A stretch of DNA of 64,000 bases, taken from Candidatus Atabeyarchaeum deiterrae (lineage in GTDB: Archaea > Asgardarchaeota > Atabeyarchaeia > Atabeyarchaeales > Atabeyarchaeaceae). Position numbers and translations under genes: made by a program. This document shows positions 39,135 through 50,280 of this stretch, piece after piece. The stretch is taken from assembly GCA_037310415.1 (NCBI GenBank), contig CP147780.1, positions 64,001-128,000 on the forward strand. The letters run 5' to 3'. A model generated the notes under the pieces. It was given only the letters and a program-made list of their open reading frames with translations, searched no databases and had not been told where the DNA came from. Every line of letters begins with the position of its first letter. Position 1 is the first letter of the stretch.

Positions 39135-39798
39135 TGCGCTGCAGCGCTCTCTGATTGGCCATCAGGTTCAACTAGGCTGATCTCGCGCTCATCTTTGCTA
39201 AGTTGATATTTCCTGCCTTGAATGTCGTAATAGACTACCTCTATCCATATTCTTTCCAAGGTCTTTTCTGTTTCTTGTTCGTTTGTCCGCTGCTTCAAAA
39301 GGTGGTCTGCAAGCTTAGGATGTCTACGGTTTGGATAAAGGCGCATCTCGCCAGGCGGAATCATGTCAAAACTGTATTTGTCACCTTTCTCGATCAGCGG
39401 GATCTTTTCCTTTCCTTCAAGAAGGAAAACCTTACCCCTAATCGCATAACCTGGGCCAATGTTCTGCAGCCATATTCCCGGCCGGTTTACTTGGTAATCT
39501 GAGATTTTCCGCTCCTAGCGCACGTCTCCCGATCGATCTTGTAGGAACCCCGAACGATAATGAATGGCTGAATGATCGTCTTGTTTGTCTCGGTGATGGC
39601 ATTGCCTAACGCAGGAGCCGAAACTAGACTGAGGAACGCAATTATGGCTAGGAGAAGAGTAGCTGCGGTAAGACCGAGGTCTGACGTGTAAGACAGCGAT
39701 AGTTCCGACAGGACTATCATAACATAAGCCAACAGTATGATTGTTGCCACGCTCAGTCCAAGCAGGATCATTTGAAGGACAGTTTTCGTCTTATTCAA
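39131..39798 (-). pseudogene. Frameshifted TM plus beta-sandwich hypothetical gene
   Basis: The ORF at 39487-39798 continues in another frame as GIWLQNIGPGYAI...MIPPGE...IEVVYYDIQGRKY; the shift is near 39500-39520. Confidence 0.7.
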
Positions 39799-40112
39799 CT
39801 CTGCAACCTCGTAATGAAGATGAATTCTCGTAGATAGGCAATTACTTATTATGGTTTCTGGATAAGATCGACGACATGACTATTCTCCTGAACCGCTACT
39901 CCTTGAACCCTAGAAAGCCGAGGCTAAGAAAGAGGGGCGCTCACCGATGTCTTTTCCCTCCGAATGCTTGTGCGCCGAAGTCAGATGATCTAGAAATATC
40001 GGACATATCTGGTCTCGGAACTCTAGACTCACGGAGACGGAACAGGTCCTCTATGCCTAGCAATCTATAAATAGCATCCTCTAATACTCGTTGGTGTGGA
40101 GGGGAGCAAAGA

Positions 40113-40997
40113 ATGGCTGTCGAGTTGAAACCAGTCTACGGGAATACCTGGGTCAACGAGAGTTCAGTACCTCCACGAATAACATTCACTGTGAATTTTG
40201 AGCCGCTTCGTGAAACAATCTACCTTCTCCTCGCAGGGGGGACACTATATCTCACGACCTCCTCTTCAGGTCGAGTTGAGATTGGTCGAGTCTATTCAAG
40301 AGAGATGTTCATTGCATTGTTTGGTGGAAGAGAACCCCGTAGGCTCGAACTACACTTCGATGTGGATCCGTGGAAGCTGGAAAAGATAGAGCAAATTCGT
40401 GCTGGAAGTGACTTGATGCTCCAACTCATACTGCATTTCCACAAGAAGAGAGAGAACGAACCGACATATCAGATGTCCAGTTCAATGATTGTTACCCACC
40501 CAGAGTACGGTGAACAGATTAAAATTGCCAAGTCCGACTGGGTTGAGAACTATCTTCCGAAGCTCGGTTACCGAAGGAGCAGGATACTAGAGATCCCCAT
40601 GCTTGAGCCCACACCTGAAGACTTCAGACAAGTTCCCCTATACTTGGATGAGGCTTGGAAACACTACTCGCGATGTGATTGCGACGATGTCATGACCAAC
40701 TGCAGAAGAGCGTTAGAGTCTCTAACTGAGGCAATCAAGAAACTGGGTTTCAAGAAGACAGAACCCGATGAGAGCGGCAGGGAGAGAACTGTTCCAAATT
40801 GGAAGTCTTTCTTTGGAGAGCATGGGACACTGGCTGAGAACTTTGAGAAGACATTCAGGGGAACGATCGGCTTCCTCCAGCCAGGAGCCCATACGGGCAG
40901 AGCCATATCCGGATCGGAGGCTGAGTTTGCATTGATGAGTACTTACAGCCTCTCGAACTACGTGATCAAGACCAACAATAAGTCAAGAGGAAAATGA
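40113..40997 (+). CDS. Hypothetical protein with C-terminal HEPN/Abi-like helical domain
   Basis: LDEAWKHY...VMTNCRRALESL...QPGAH...EAEFAL pattern; good TATA and SD. Confidence 0.55.
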   Translation: MAVELKPVYGNTWVNESSVPPRITFTVNFEPLRETIYLLLAGGTLYLTTSSSGRVEIGRVYSREMFIALFGGREPRRLELHFDVDPWKLEKIEQIRAGSDLMLQLILHFHKKRENEPTYQMSSSMIVTHPEYGEQIKIAKSDWVENYLPKLGYRRSRILEIPMLEPTPEDFRQVPLYLDEAWKHYSRCDCDDVMTNCRRALESLTEAIKKLGFKKTEPDESGRERTVPNWKSFFGEHGTLAENFEKTFRGTIGFLQPGAHTGRAISGSEAEFALMSTYSLSNYVIKTNNKSRGK

Positions 40998-41350
40998 GAC
41001 CTACGGCTGGAATGAGGTTGAAATATATGAAGAGGGTTCACAAGGACTAATCGGTTCCGAGGAGTTGGGATGAGAAATAACACGTGAGCGCACCGAATGG
41101 GTTCACACTTTCAGATGTCCAATATGTGGAGCAGAGTTCACTGTTTCTGGCGGCTTCAGAGAGAAAAAGCGAAGATGATAACAGCGCGTATGCGCTGATT
41201 TGAAAACTCTGAGTGTTCCTAGTGAGCCCGACTGTCGCTCAATTCTTGCATGGTAGTTCCTGCGACCTGTGAAAACCAACTTATTATGAGAGTCTGAAGG
41301 AATCGACACAGATAAGTGCCCGTTTCGCAGTGATGTGTGTTCGAGGACCG

Positions 41351-42307
41351 ATGAAGGCAGAAGATAGTCGATTGGCAGGTCTCATGAAGGCCTTGTCAAT
41401 ATTGGGATTGGATGACAACTGGGCGACGTCGGTAATTGCGTTTTGTGGAATGGAGAACGCGATCAGAAAGAAACTCGAGATGCTGGGTGGCGATCCGGGA
41501 AAACATGATTTTCAGAAGGCTACCGACGCACTTGTCGAGAGGATAAGAGAGGATGGTGATAACCCGCCTGACATCTTGATATCCTTAGCTAAGGCCTATC
41601 CTGAAATTCGTGGAAAGCTGGTTCACTGGGGCTATAGGAATTCCTTATACGAAACTGAATGTCATAGCATTGTCACGAATACTGTTGATCTAGTGAGAAC
41701 GCTGTTCGAATTGATGCCAGAGAAAGGACGGTCGTACGAACTGGCCGAGAGTCTTCTTGATTCAGATAGCAGTGAGTTGGCGCAGAAGGTTGAGCAACTC
41801 AATTCCTCGGAAAAGAAGGAGTCTATTCCGCATCTCCTTGAGAAGTTTTCTCTGCTTGAACCCGGTCAACCCCACTATTGGAAAAGGAGAGAAAAGGTAA
41901 ACAAAGCAGTGCGAACACTCTTCAAATCTCTTGAAACAAGCGATATGGTTTCTCTCCTTGACAGCGTAATTCGACAGTACTCTACAGTTGCACCAGAGCT
42001 CGTTATGGGAATGATAGGCGATACCTGTAGTATGTCTGCAATCATCACGTTCCTTAAGGAAAAAGGCTACATTGGCTGGATCGTGTCTCACTTTGCTAGG
42101 AGCGATAGTTATGATGCGGCAACAGCGAACGCGAACGTAATTGCAAAGATAAGTCACGTTCTTAGTGATTCTCAGATCAAAGAAATTCTTACTGCAATAG
42201 CTGAAAATGGTCAAATAAATGACTCTTGGGGAGCTCAGAAAGAACTCAGGGATTTCATTGCCTTGTACAAAAACAGAGTCGATAAACACTTATCGAAAAG
42301 GTTCTAG
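41351..42307 (+). CDS. HEPN-like N-terminal domain plus HEAT-like helical repeats
   Basis: AFCGMENAIRKKL...EIRGKLVHWG (Rx4H). Confidence 0.6.
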   Translation: MKAEDSRLAGLMKALSILGLDDNWATSVIAFCGMENAIRKKLEMLGGDPGKHDFQKATDALVERIREDGDNPPDILISLAKAYPEIRGKLVHWGYRNSLYETECHSIVTNTVDLVRTLFELMPEKGRSYELAESLLDSDSSELAQKVEQLNSSEKKESIPHLLEKFSLLEPGQPHYWKRREKVNKAVRTLFKSLETSDMVSLLDSVIRQYSTVAPELVMGMIGDTCSMSAIITFLKEKGYIGWIVSHFARSDSYDAATANANVIAKISHVLSDSQIKEILTAIAENGQINDSWGAQKELRDFIALYKNRVDKHLSKRF

Positions 42308-42804
42308 ACATCCTCAAACGGAGATAGTCGCCTCCGCGCAGAGCGGGCCACCCGACTAGAGGAAGTTCTCGATCCCTCTAACCTGCAAAATCGATGGACT
42401 CAAAGCTTCGACTTGGATCAACCTTCTCTCGGTGCGACTTCAGCTGAGAATCCTCTTGCCTGGATCTTTCTATCTGGGTCTATAATAGGTATCCTCTTGC
42501 CTCTGTTATATGGAAAAGTGTATTTCGTTCTGATTTATTCTTCTATCTTGACCAACTTGTGGAACAATGCCCTTGTCTAGATCATATAGCATTTCGAAAT
42601 CTTCCTAGGTCTTGTACGCACCGCGCCAGCATTCGGTGGATGTCCCAAACGAGTGCGGAAAGGTTTTCGGAATGCTATTGCTATTCCCGAGGGAGGCCAC
42701 CTTTTCGTCCGACTTCGACCTTCATTCTAAGCGGTTATCTGGGGCATAAATATGATTTGTCTCCAACATTGCTTCGACATCTACCTTCCTGAAGGAAATG
42801 CACC

Positions 42805-45699
42805 TTGCCACTAATGTCTTCGAATCACGCCAGCGATGAAGTACCCATCGTTTTCCCCCTGAGGTACGGGGGGTTTGCCGCTCTCGCAGGCGTATCTGTT
42901 TCCAGTTTGCCACACACTTATCCAAGCCCTGGCAGCAAACTCACTCAAGACGTTGAAGGAATATTGTCTTCAAGGGAGGATCTTGGCTCTTACTCGACAG
43001 GCTTCCTAACCTCCTTGAGAAAACTCAATGAGGAGCTGGTCTTTGAGGCCCAAGTTGCGAAAGCAAAGGTCTCAGTATTCTTCTACGTCGTCGTAACTTC
43101 GAGAAGCCTGAAGAAAGCGATGAGGCGCGCAATTTCTGCTGTACAGGGGATACGTGGGGCTCTAGGTGGAGCCTATGGCAAGAATGTGGAAGTTAGAGTT
43201 CTGAATCGAGAGGAACTCGTCTCCGCAATGAGTAACAGCTTAGCAGGATCGCTGGCACCAAGAATAAGGCTCATGAAGAAGGATGAAGAAAGGAATCAAG
43301 GATTTTATGGTCATGGGATGGTAGCAGAAGTTGATGCATTCGATCAAAACGATGGTTATCCCATCAACACTGGGACGGATGTCAAGTATCTGGGGGTCTT
43401 GGAGCTTGAGGAGGGGCTTCCTGCACTCAAGGCGAGTGACCGTGAAAACCAGATAAGTAGGCTGATCAACAGCTTACTCGAATTGGAGATCGCTAATGCT
43501 AGCTTCATCGTGAATCTCAAACCTCACAAGATCTCATTCCTAAGAAAGCACTCTGCCAGAGGAAAAGCGAAGACATTGATGTTTGGTCATGATCTGAAGG
43601 ACAGCCTGCGGTCATTTCAGGACTTCTTAGGCGACGAGAAGACCGTTAGAGAGCTAAATGAAATCAGGTATGGGGAGTGGTCTGGCTATTGGAAGGTGTC
43701 AGCCCACGTAGTCTTGGATTCGAAAAGCGCTCTAGGTGTTCTCAGGAGTCTGGAGACGGTCAAGGCATCCTTAACAAGCATATTCTCTGATCCACATTTC
43801 GCGATTGAACTGAGGGCACTGAAAGGAGGGGAACTAGTCAGAGCCTTGCGCAACCTCCTTCTCAGAAGACTGAACTCTAGTAGACCAGTGGAGATGTCGA
43901 GTGTCCGTTTGTCTGCTTTTGTTCACATGCCGACTCAAGCATACCCTGGAATAGAACGCAGAGAGCTACCTGAATTTGAGGTTCCCAGACCTATTAGTGA
44001 GTCTAACGGTGACATGTTGATCCTTGGCAAGGTATTACATGGAGATAGGGAACTGTATCCTGTTGGCGTCGAGCTTAGGGACTTGACGTTGAACATGGTT
44101 GTCGTGGGACACATCGGCTCAGGCAAGACCATGTTCGTCTCACAGCTACTTCTCAACCTATGGGATGCCAATCCAAAGATCGGCTGGCTTGTCTTCGATG
44201 TAAAGGGAGAGTATACGCCAATAGCCACACTTCTTCCTAGATCGGTCGCGATCTACAGACCTGGCGACGAAGCTCTACCGTTAGAGCTTAACATATTTGA
44301 TCATGGGGTTGACGACGCCGAAAGCCATGCGTTGAAGCTTTTCGCCACACTAAGAGACACACTGTCTTCACTATTCGAGAGCGGAACGGAGCTCTCACCT
44401 CAGATGGAGCGACTATGCAGAGAGGCACTCGTCAAGACTGTAGCTGACCCTGAGCGGTGGAGCTTCGAAGGCTTCTACACATCTCTTGAGGATCAAGCTG
44501 AACTCATGGAGTCACACACTCCCACGATCCACTCGTCACTTGAAGCAATAAAGAATAGGGTTGAGAAGTTTAGACACGGAGTACTGAGAAAGGTCTTCGA
44601 TTCGGGGTCGACGAACATAGATTTCAACGAGATCACTCGCAATAAGCTGATAATTGACCTCAGCTATCTCCTCTCCAATGGCGGAACTAAAGATGATGTT
44701 AGGCTACTGATGAATGTCGTCCTGAAGAACATGTTTGATATGGTTATGAAGCTGGGACTCAGCAGAGCACTTTGACACATCCTTGTTGTGGAGGAAGCTG
44801 GGCTTCTCGTCCCTGAAGTGTTTTCAAGAAAAACAAGTAGTGAAACAACTCCAGCTGAAGACATAGTCTTGGTTGAAAGGGCTCTGGGCGAGGGGATGAT
44901 TTTGGTTTCACCGAGACCAACCATATCGGAGAACATCTTAGCAAACAGTGGAACGAAAGTCATTTTCAAGTGTCCATACGACTCGAAAAGGGTGGCGAGG
45001 TTTCTTAACCTCAGCGAGCAACAGGAGATGTTTCTGAAAGTGCTTCCGAGGAGAGAGGCAATAGTAACGGTACCGGACTTTCCGTATCCCTTTCGGATCA
45101 GAACACTTGACTCCACTTTGTCAACTCTGGCTACTGCAAGCTTGAAAAGCGCTGAGCCCTCGACCATTGCCTACCACAATAGGCAAGACAACCGCCTGCC
45201 ACTCAAGGAAGACGAGGATTGCATGGACGAGATCAGCATCAATGAGGAGCACAATAGCGAAAGCAACTACGACAGTAATGCATCAGTGTCTGAGAAGGAT
45301 GCCTTCATTAGTAACTCTTCCATCAATAATCGTGGCGTCGATCAGCCAAACAAGGGAGACTTGGAAAGGCTTCTGAAGAAAGGCATCGACTCTGATAGGT
45401 TCAAAGTCTTCAAAGCTGTGGCATTAAGAAACCCAGATCCTGTTGAGGCTTCAATAATAGTTGAAGAGGAACTCGGCGGGCAATGGTGGAGGCTCTTAGA
45501 TGCATACAGAAGCTTGCAGGATACCAGATTGTGGAAACAACCACTTATAAGAAAAGTTCGCAGTGGACCGATTGAAAGGAATGAGGATGAATGTGTCGCC
45601 TTTCAACTCACGGAGTATGGGGACAAATTCTGGAAGGCATTTACGGTTGAACCGACGACAGAGTCCAGAAGGCCACACCTACCCGATCGTATTACGTAG
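42805..45699 (+). pseudogene. HerA/VirB4-like (DUF87) ATPase interrupted by one in-frame TGA at 44773-44775
   Basis: Walker A GHIGSGKT and FDVKGEY. SRAL*HILVVEEAG places Walker B immediately after the stop in the same frame. RALGEGMILVSPRP and ILANSGTKVIF follow. Confidence 0.85.
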
Positions 45700-46147
45700 C
45701 AGGAACCGTATCCTCATCGATGGCCAAGAATCTAGCGCAGCTCAAGGTCATACCACTAGTTTCTCAATTCGTGGAAGAACTCACGGTTTCGCCGTTCCCT
45801 ATCGTCAGCCGCTGTCTACGTGACGTAGCCATCAAATAGTCCTCTTCGGGTCTTGTAACCGCCCCTCAAGAAAATGGCATCGTCCCGGCATCCTATGCTT
45901 TGGCGAGCAGTCTCTCCAGTGCGAGCTTCGCATTCATTGCGTAATGTATTTAGCACACTTATGGCAGTGACCTTAGATGTGTCGGCTCCGGATGGTCTTG
46001 GGCGTGGGGGGCTTGAGCCGCAAAGTGTATCGCAAGAGGAAGATTGTTCGGATTCTAACCTGTCAAATAGGATTTGGCAGGCAAGTCTGATGAAATGTAG
46101 GGAAAAGTATATTGTCTCGCTTGGTCGCGGAATCTGAGGTGTGACAA

Positions 46148-47869
46148 ATGGTAGGAATAGAGTATTGTCCCGTAATTGGTGGAAAGTGCAGTAAAACTGT
46201 GGCCATGAAGCTTGAGAAAGACACCTTCTTCCTTGCAGAAGCCTTCAATCCTGATGAAGACAGAAAGAGGAGAGAGTTCGCCATAACGAACGTACTCATG
46301 GAGGAGTTCAAAAGCGGATTCCATGAGGGGTCTCTCAAAATAGCAGACAAGGACCCAAGCAATCCCTCATTCTTCTGCGATATATGTCGTATGATTCAGT
46401 GCAGCGCCTACGGGATCGCCGACATAAGTGGGCTGAACCCAAACGTCATGCTGGAACTGGGTATGATGCTAGCTCTGGGCAAGCCAGTCTTCGTCTTAGT
46501 AAGAAGGGGTGAAGAAGAGAATCTCGGCACGATACTCCCTTCAGACATCGCCGGCAGGAGAGTCGTTCCATACAAGGAGTACATAGACATCCAAAAAGAC
46601 TTCGCAAAGCATCTTCAAAATCGTCCTCAGATTGAACCATTGCCCATACCTGCGGAGGAAGCCAGAAAAACGCTCGCCGACATTGCTCCCAACGCACTTA
46701 TCGCCGTGGATAAAAAGATTCAAGAAATGCAGAAGAACCTGCAGGCACTTATAGAGCGGACAGAGCTCATGGGGGTGGTAACGAGTAAAAGCGAAGTTAA
46801 AGTACCTGCCTCTCTTGAGAAGCAGATAGGCGAAGTAAACGAGAAACTTGAAAGAATGGAGACGCTTCTTGGGCAACCCCAAGACTCCAAATCGGCTTTC
46901 TACAGGGGAAACTGGTATTCCAACAGGAAGGCATACGAAAAAGCGATACAATCCTACGACTGGGCACTAACCCTCAAACCAGATGCCTATCAGGTTTGGA
47001 ATAACAAAGGTAACGCACTGATCAACCTTGGGAGGCCTGAAGAAGCAATAAAGTGCTTCGACAAAGCCATCCAGCTAAAACAAGATGCCTATCTAGTTTG
47101 GAATAACAAAGGTGCCGCACTAGGCAAGCTTGGTAAGAATGAAGAAGCCTTAGAGTATTTCGACAAAGCCATCCAGCTAAAACAAGACTATGAAAACGTT
47201 TGGAACAACAAGGGTGCCGTACTGATCGACCTCGGGAGGCCTGAAGAAGCAATAAAGTGCTTCGACAAAGCGATAGAACTGAAAAGCGACGATGAAGAGG
47301 CCTGGAGTAACAAAGGTGTCGCACTAGGCAAGCTTGGTAAGAATGAAGAAGCCTTAGAGTATTTCGACAAAGCCATCCAGCTAAAACTGGATTGCATTGG
47401 CGCCTGGGTTAACAAAGGCGCCTCTCTAGTCAAGCTTGGAAGGCTGGACGAAGCAAGAAGCTGCTTCGAGAAATCTCTGAAGATAGACCCGAGCGACATT
47501 ACCGCCTTGACGGATCTCTCAGAGGCTCTGCTTATCCTGGGGGAACCAAAGGAGGGGTTGGAGGTGGCGGAGAAGGCACTGACCCTAGCGAAGGAGCCTG
47601 AAGACATCGTTGTATTACGGTTCTTATGCGTCTCAGCCTGCTTCCTCAAAGGTGAGAATGAGAGAGTTCAAGAGAAGCAGGAGGAACTGACGGTCTATTT
47701 AAAGGGCCTCAGGGAGGGTTTTAAGGTTGCCAGGTGGGATTTCTCTGATCTGCTTCCAACAATACAGAAGTTGGATACGGAAGACAGGGAGAAGTTGCTC
47801 TCACTTATGTCTCTACTCAAAGGAGAGATTAACGTCACAGAGTTCGAACAGAAGACTAGAAATCAGTAG
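46148..47869 (+). CDS. Nucleoside deoxyribosyltransferase (NDT)-like domain plus coiled coil plus TPR array
   Basis: IADISGLNPNVMLELGMMLALGKP...LPSDI; about seven 34-aa TPRs (WNNKG.AL..LG..EEA...FDKAI). Confidence 0.85.
   Translation: MVGIEYCPVIGGKCSKTVAMKLEKDTFFLAEAFNPDEDRKRREFAITNVLMEEFKSGFHEGSLKIADKDPSNPSFFCDICRMIQCSAYGIADISGLNPNVMLELGMMLALGKPVFVLVRRGEEENLGTILPSDIAGRRVVPYKEYIDIQKDFAKHLQNRPQIEPLPIPAEEARKTLADIAPNALIAVDKKIQEMQKNLQALIERTELMGVVTSKSEVKVPASLEKQIGEVNEKLERMETLLGQPQDSKSAFYRGNWYSNRKAYEKAIQSYDWALTLKPDAYQVWNNKGNALINLGRPEEAIKCFDKAIQLKQDAYLVWNNKGAALGKLGKNEEALEYFDKAIQLKQDYENVWNNKGAVLIDLGRPEEAIKCFDKAIELKSDDEEAWSNKGVALGKLGKNEEALEYFDKAIQLKLDCIGAWVNKGASLVKLGRLDEARSCFEKSLKIDPSDITALTDLSEALLILGEPKEGLEVAEKALTLAKEPEDIVVLRFLCVSACFLKGENERVQEKQEELTVYLKGLREGFKVARWDFSDLLPTIQKLDTEDREKLLSLMSLLKGEINVTEFEQKTRNQ
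46994..47401 (+). repeat. Four 102-bp TPR-coding units in A-B-A'-B' order with long identical DNA tracts
   Basis: Units start at 46994, 47096, 47198 and 47300. B and B' are identical over about 68 nt, A and A' over about 38 nt. Confidence 0.9.
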
Positions 47870-48163
47870 GTGCATGATTCTGGCAAGGACGCAGAGTCGG
47901 TTCTGATTAAGGTTGGAGCAGTAAAGGCAGAAATGGCGTGCGCTGCAGGGGAACCTCCCCCGAGCTATGGATTCGATATGTGAACATGCTATCAGACAAC
48001 TAAGACTTGCTACTGCAGTTTTGAGCACATCTGACTCGGCAACATACCACCTTCTTGGGAGTCGATATATGAATTTATCAGGAGCGGATTTCTTGGGGTT
48101 ATTCTGACTGCTAGTATGACAACGTTCGAATATGGTCAAGTTGTCTTTGACAAGATTCAAATG

Positions 48164-48814
48164 CTATGGGTGAACACTCAGAAGACTCTGATAGACAAGC
48201 AATAGATGGACAATTGCTGTTACAGCAAGCAATACCCCAACTACACTCCAGAATCGTATTGGACTTATCCTGACAATGCGATAGCCTTTGTATGCACGCT
48301 CCCTCAAGTATCGATGGGCAGTGATGTCGATTAGTGCCTCAAGCGAATGGATCCGTGGATAACTAGAAACATTAAGCCGACGAGCGCGAGAGTAGAAGTA
48401 CAACCAACCAACGTAGCATGTCCCGGCTACAGCCATGAGCAAAGTTTTATTGATCAGGAGCGTAAGATCCTGTGGGATAGAGTTGTAGATGATCGTGTAA
48501 GCAACTATTAGGAAGGATACTGGCACGAAGAATGGCCCCAGCATGAACGTTTGATGGGATCGTTCATCGATCTGTTGAGAAAGAAAACTATGTTCCAACT
48601 TGTAGCCATCTAGCAGCTCTTTCCGATTGTGACTTCTTGACTTTTGAAATAGCTCTCTTATCAAATCGCCCACGCATCTTTCCACTTCTTTCCTGTATTG
48701 TTCGTCTTCTTCCTTCGTTTCTGTTCTGCGCCAGAAGCTACATAATCTTTCCACAAAAGGTACTAGCTCGTCCCCAGTGGTTAGATTTTGTTGGTTTGCA
48801 TGCCTTTCTCCCAA
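48164..48814 (-). CDS. 3-TM hypothetical protein resembling small pore-type defence effectors
   Basis: YKL...QIDER...TM...TM-W...RRLN...RIHSLE...TM architecture. Confidence 0.55.
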   Translation of the reverse strand: MGERHANQQNLTTGDELVPFVERLCSFWRRTETKEEDEQYRKEVERCVGDLIRELFQKSRSHNRKELLDGYKLEHSFLSQQIDERSHQTFMLGPFFVPVSFLIVAYTIIYNSIPQDLTLLINKTLLMAVAGTCYVGWLYFYSRARRLNVSSYPRIHSLEALIDITAHRYLRERAYKGYRIVRISPIRFWSVVGVLLAVTAIVHLLLVYQSLLSVHP

Positions 48815-49026
48815 TGTATCAGCCCCACCCCAGTTGCAGTCAGATAGAACTCGGTGAGAGTATGAGAAGCCAAGTATATAAGAAGATGCGTTCTACTCGA
48901 TAATTAGCTCTTCTCTGGACTGCAGCGGGACTTGGAGGTAAGTCTTGGTTACGGACTTGTCCCAATTCTCGAAGGGGGGAAGCCACAACATAAGGGAAGG
49001 ACTTTCAGATCAGAAGGATACGACAC

Positions 49027-49806
49027 ATGGACCAACAGAAGAGAAGGAAGCTCAACGCAAACAAGGATACAGCGCTGCGTTCGATGGCATCCCGTTTGAA
49101 GAAACTTGAGAGATCGATCGAGGAAAAAGGCACTCTCTCATCTTTTGACAGCGCCTTTCTATTTACATTTACGATAATCGCTTTTCTCTATGCCATATTG
49201 AACATATATTTCGGTTCACTCACTGGGTTTACGTTTATACCTCTGCTTGTCCTCATCATATGCATGTATCCTTTCTACATCGGTGTCTATCACGGAATAA
49301 TGCAAAACGACATCTACGAGAGACTCGCTGCGTGGCAGTTCCTCTTTCTGCTTATCATGTTGGTCTGCTGCTTGCTAGGTGGATATGGTAGCATTTTCAC
49401 AGTCATGACGATAGTCAAATTCCCTCAGGTATTTCCATCTGACCTCTGGGGAAGTGTCATGGTTATCGTGATCATGATAGTAGTCCTGCTTATTTTCTTC
49501 GTATTTGCGATGCTTCTGCCGGCTTGGAATGGGCTACTGGAAATCTATGGCAAACGTCTTGGGGACAGGGAATTGGATGAGCAAGAAAGGAGGAGGACTT
49601 TTTCGGGTCATGCTTTTATAGGGGCATCCTACTTGTCAATCACTTATCTGTTTGCAGTGAACGCGCTCATAGAAATGTACAACAGTGCCATCCCGGTCAT
49701 CCGCATTGCAGCGATTGACCCATTTACAAACTTCGTTGCGATCTTGATATTCCTAGTGGTATGGGCCATCTTCTACTTGGGTATACGATTCTACAAGGAT
49801 TGGTAG
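49027..49806 (+). CDS. Multi-pass membrane protein (about 6 TM)
   Basis: Hydrophobic helices; no recognisable motif. Confidence 0.7.
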   Translation: MDQQKRRKLNANKDTALRSMASRLKKLERSIEEKGTLSSFDSAFLFTFTIIAFLYAILNIYFGSLTGFTFIPLLVLIICMYPFYIGVYHGIMQNDIYERLAAWQFLFLLIMLVCCLLGGYGSIFTVMTIVKFPQVFPSDLWGSVMVIVIMIVVLLIFFVFAMLLPAWNGLLEIYGKRLGDRELDEQERRRTFSGHAFIGASYLSITYLFAVNALIEMYNSAIPVIRIAAIDPFTNFVAILIFLVVWAIFYLGIRFYKDW

Positions 49807-50023
49807 GTGACTGGTGATTTGGGTCTATTTGTTTTGGCCATTTAACGTGGGTTCGTCAACCTGTGTCAAGACCCCCGAGTCTCTCAAGTGGCTTCTTCTC
49901 TTCTCCAACCAATAGGATCGTAGTGATGGCTGTGATAACTGGACTGATGGCGCTCCTATGTTGGAAACTAGGCAAAATCTTTGCTGTCTGGATTCGATCC
50001 GGATTTTCGTGAAGGGCGACTCG

Positions 50024-50083
50024 CACTCGTGGGCTTCATATGAGTAGCGCCCAGACCGTGATAATGAAGAAGGGTGAGTATTG
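50024..50083. repeat. Partial copy of the dispersed non-coding repeat
   Basis: TCGTGGGCTTCATAT...AGCGCCCAGACCGTGATAATGAAGAAG matches the starts of the copies at 51366 and 58676. Confidence 0.85.
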
Positions 50084-50280
50084 GCGGATGTGGAACAGCC
50101 TAGAGACCGACTGTAAACCAGGAAACTACCAGGAACTTTGACGAGCTCTCTCTTCCCTGGACACGTTATTCAGCCTTATAATGCACCTAAGGTTGATCAT
50201 CAGTCATGTGTCTCTGTCCGCTACCACCAATCTGTAAGACTGTAGCCCCTTCTAATCTAGTTTTGGGGTTGAAATGAGAG

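Noticed and set aside
44773-44775. Selenocysteine or genetic-code readthrough of the in-frame TGA
   Set aside because: The position corresponds to Arg in the family pattern, not Cys. TGA is used as a normal stop throughout the window, and other motifs in the gene are also decayed.
46994-47401. DGR template/variable repeat or CRISPR array
   Set aside because: The repeats are in-frame 102-bp TPR units, the differences are not adenine-specific, and no reverse transcriptase or cas genes are in the window.
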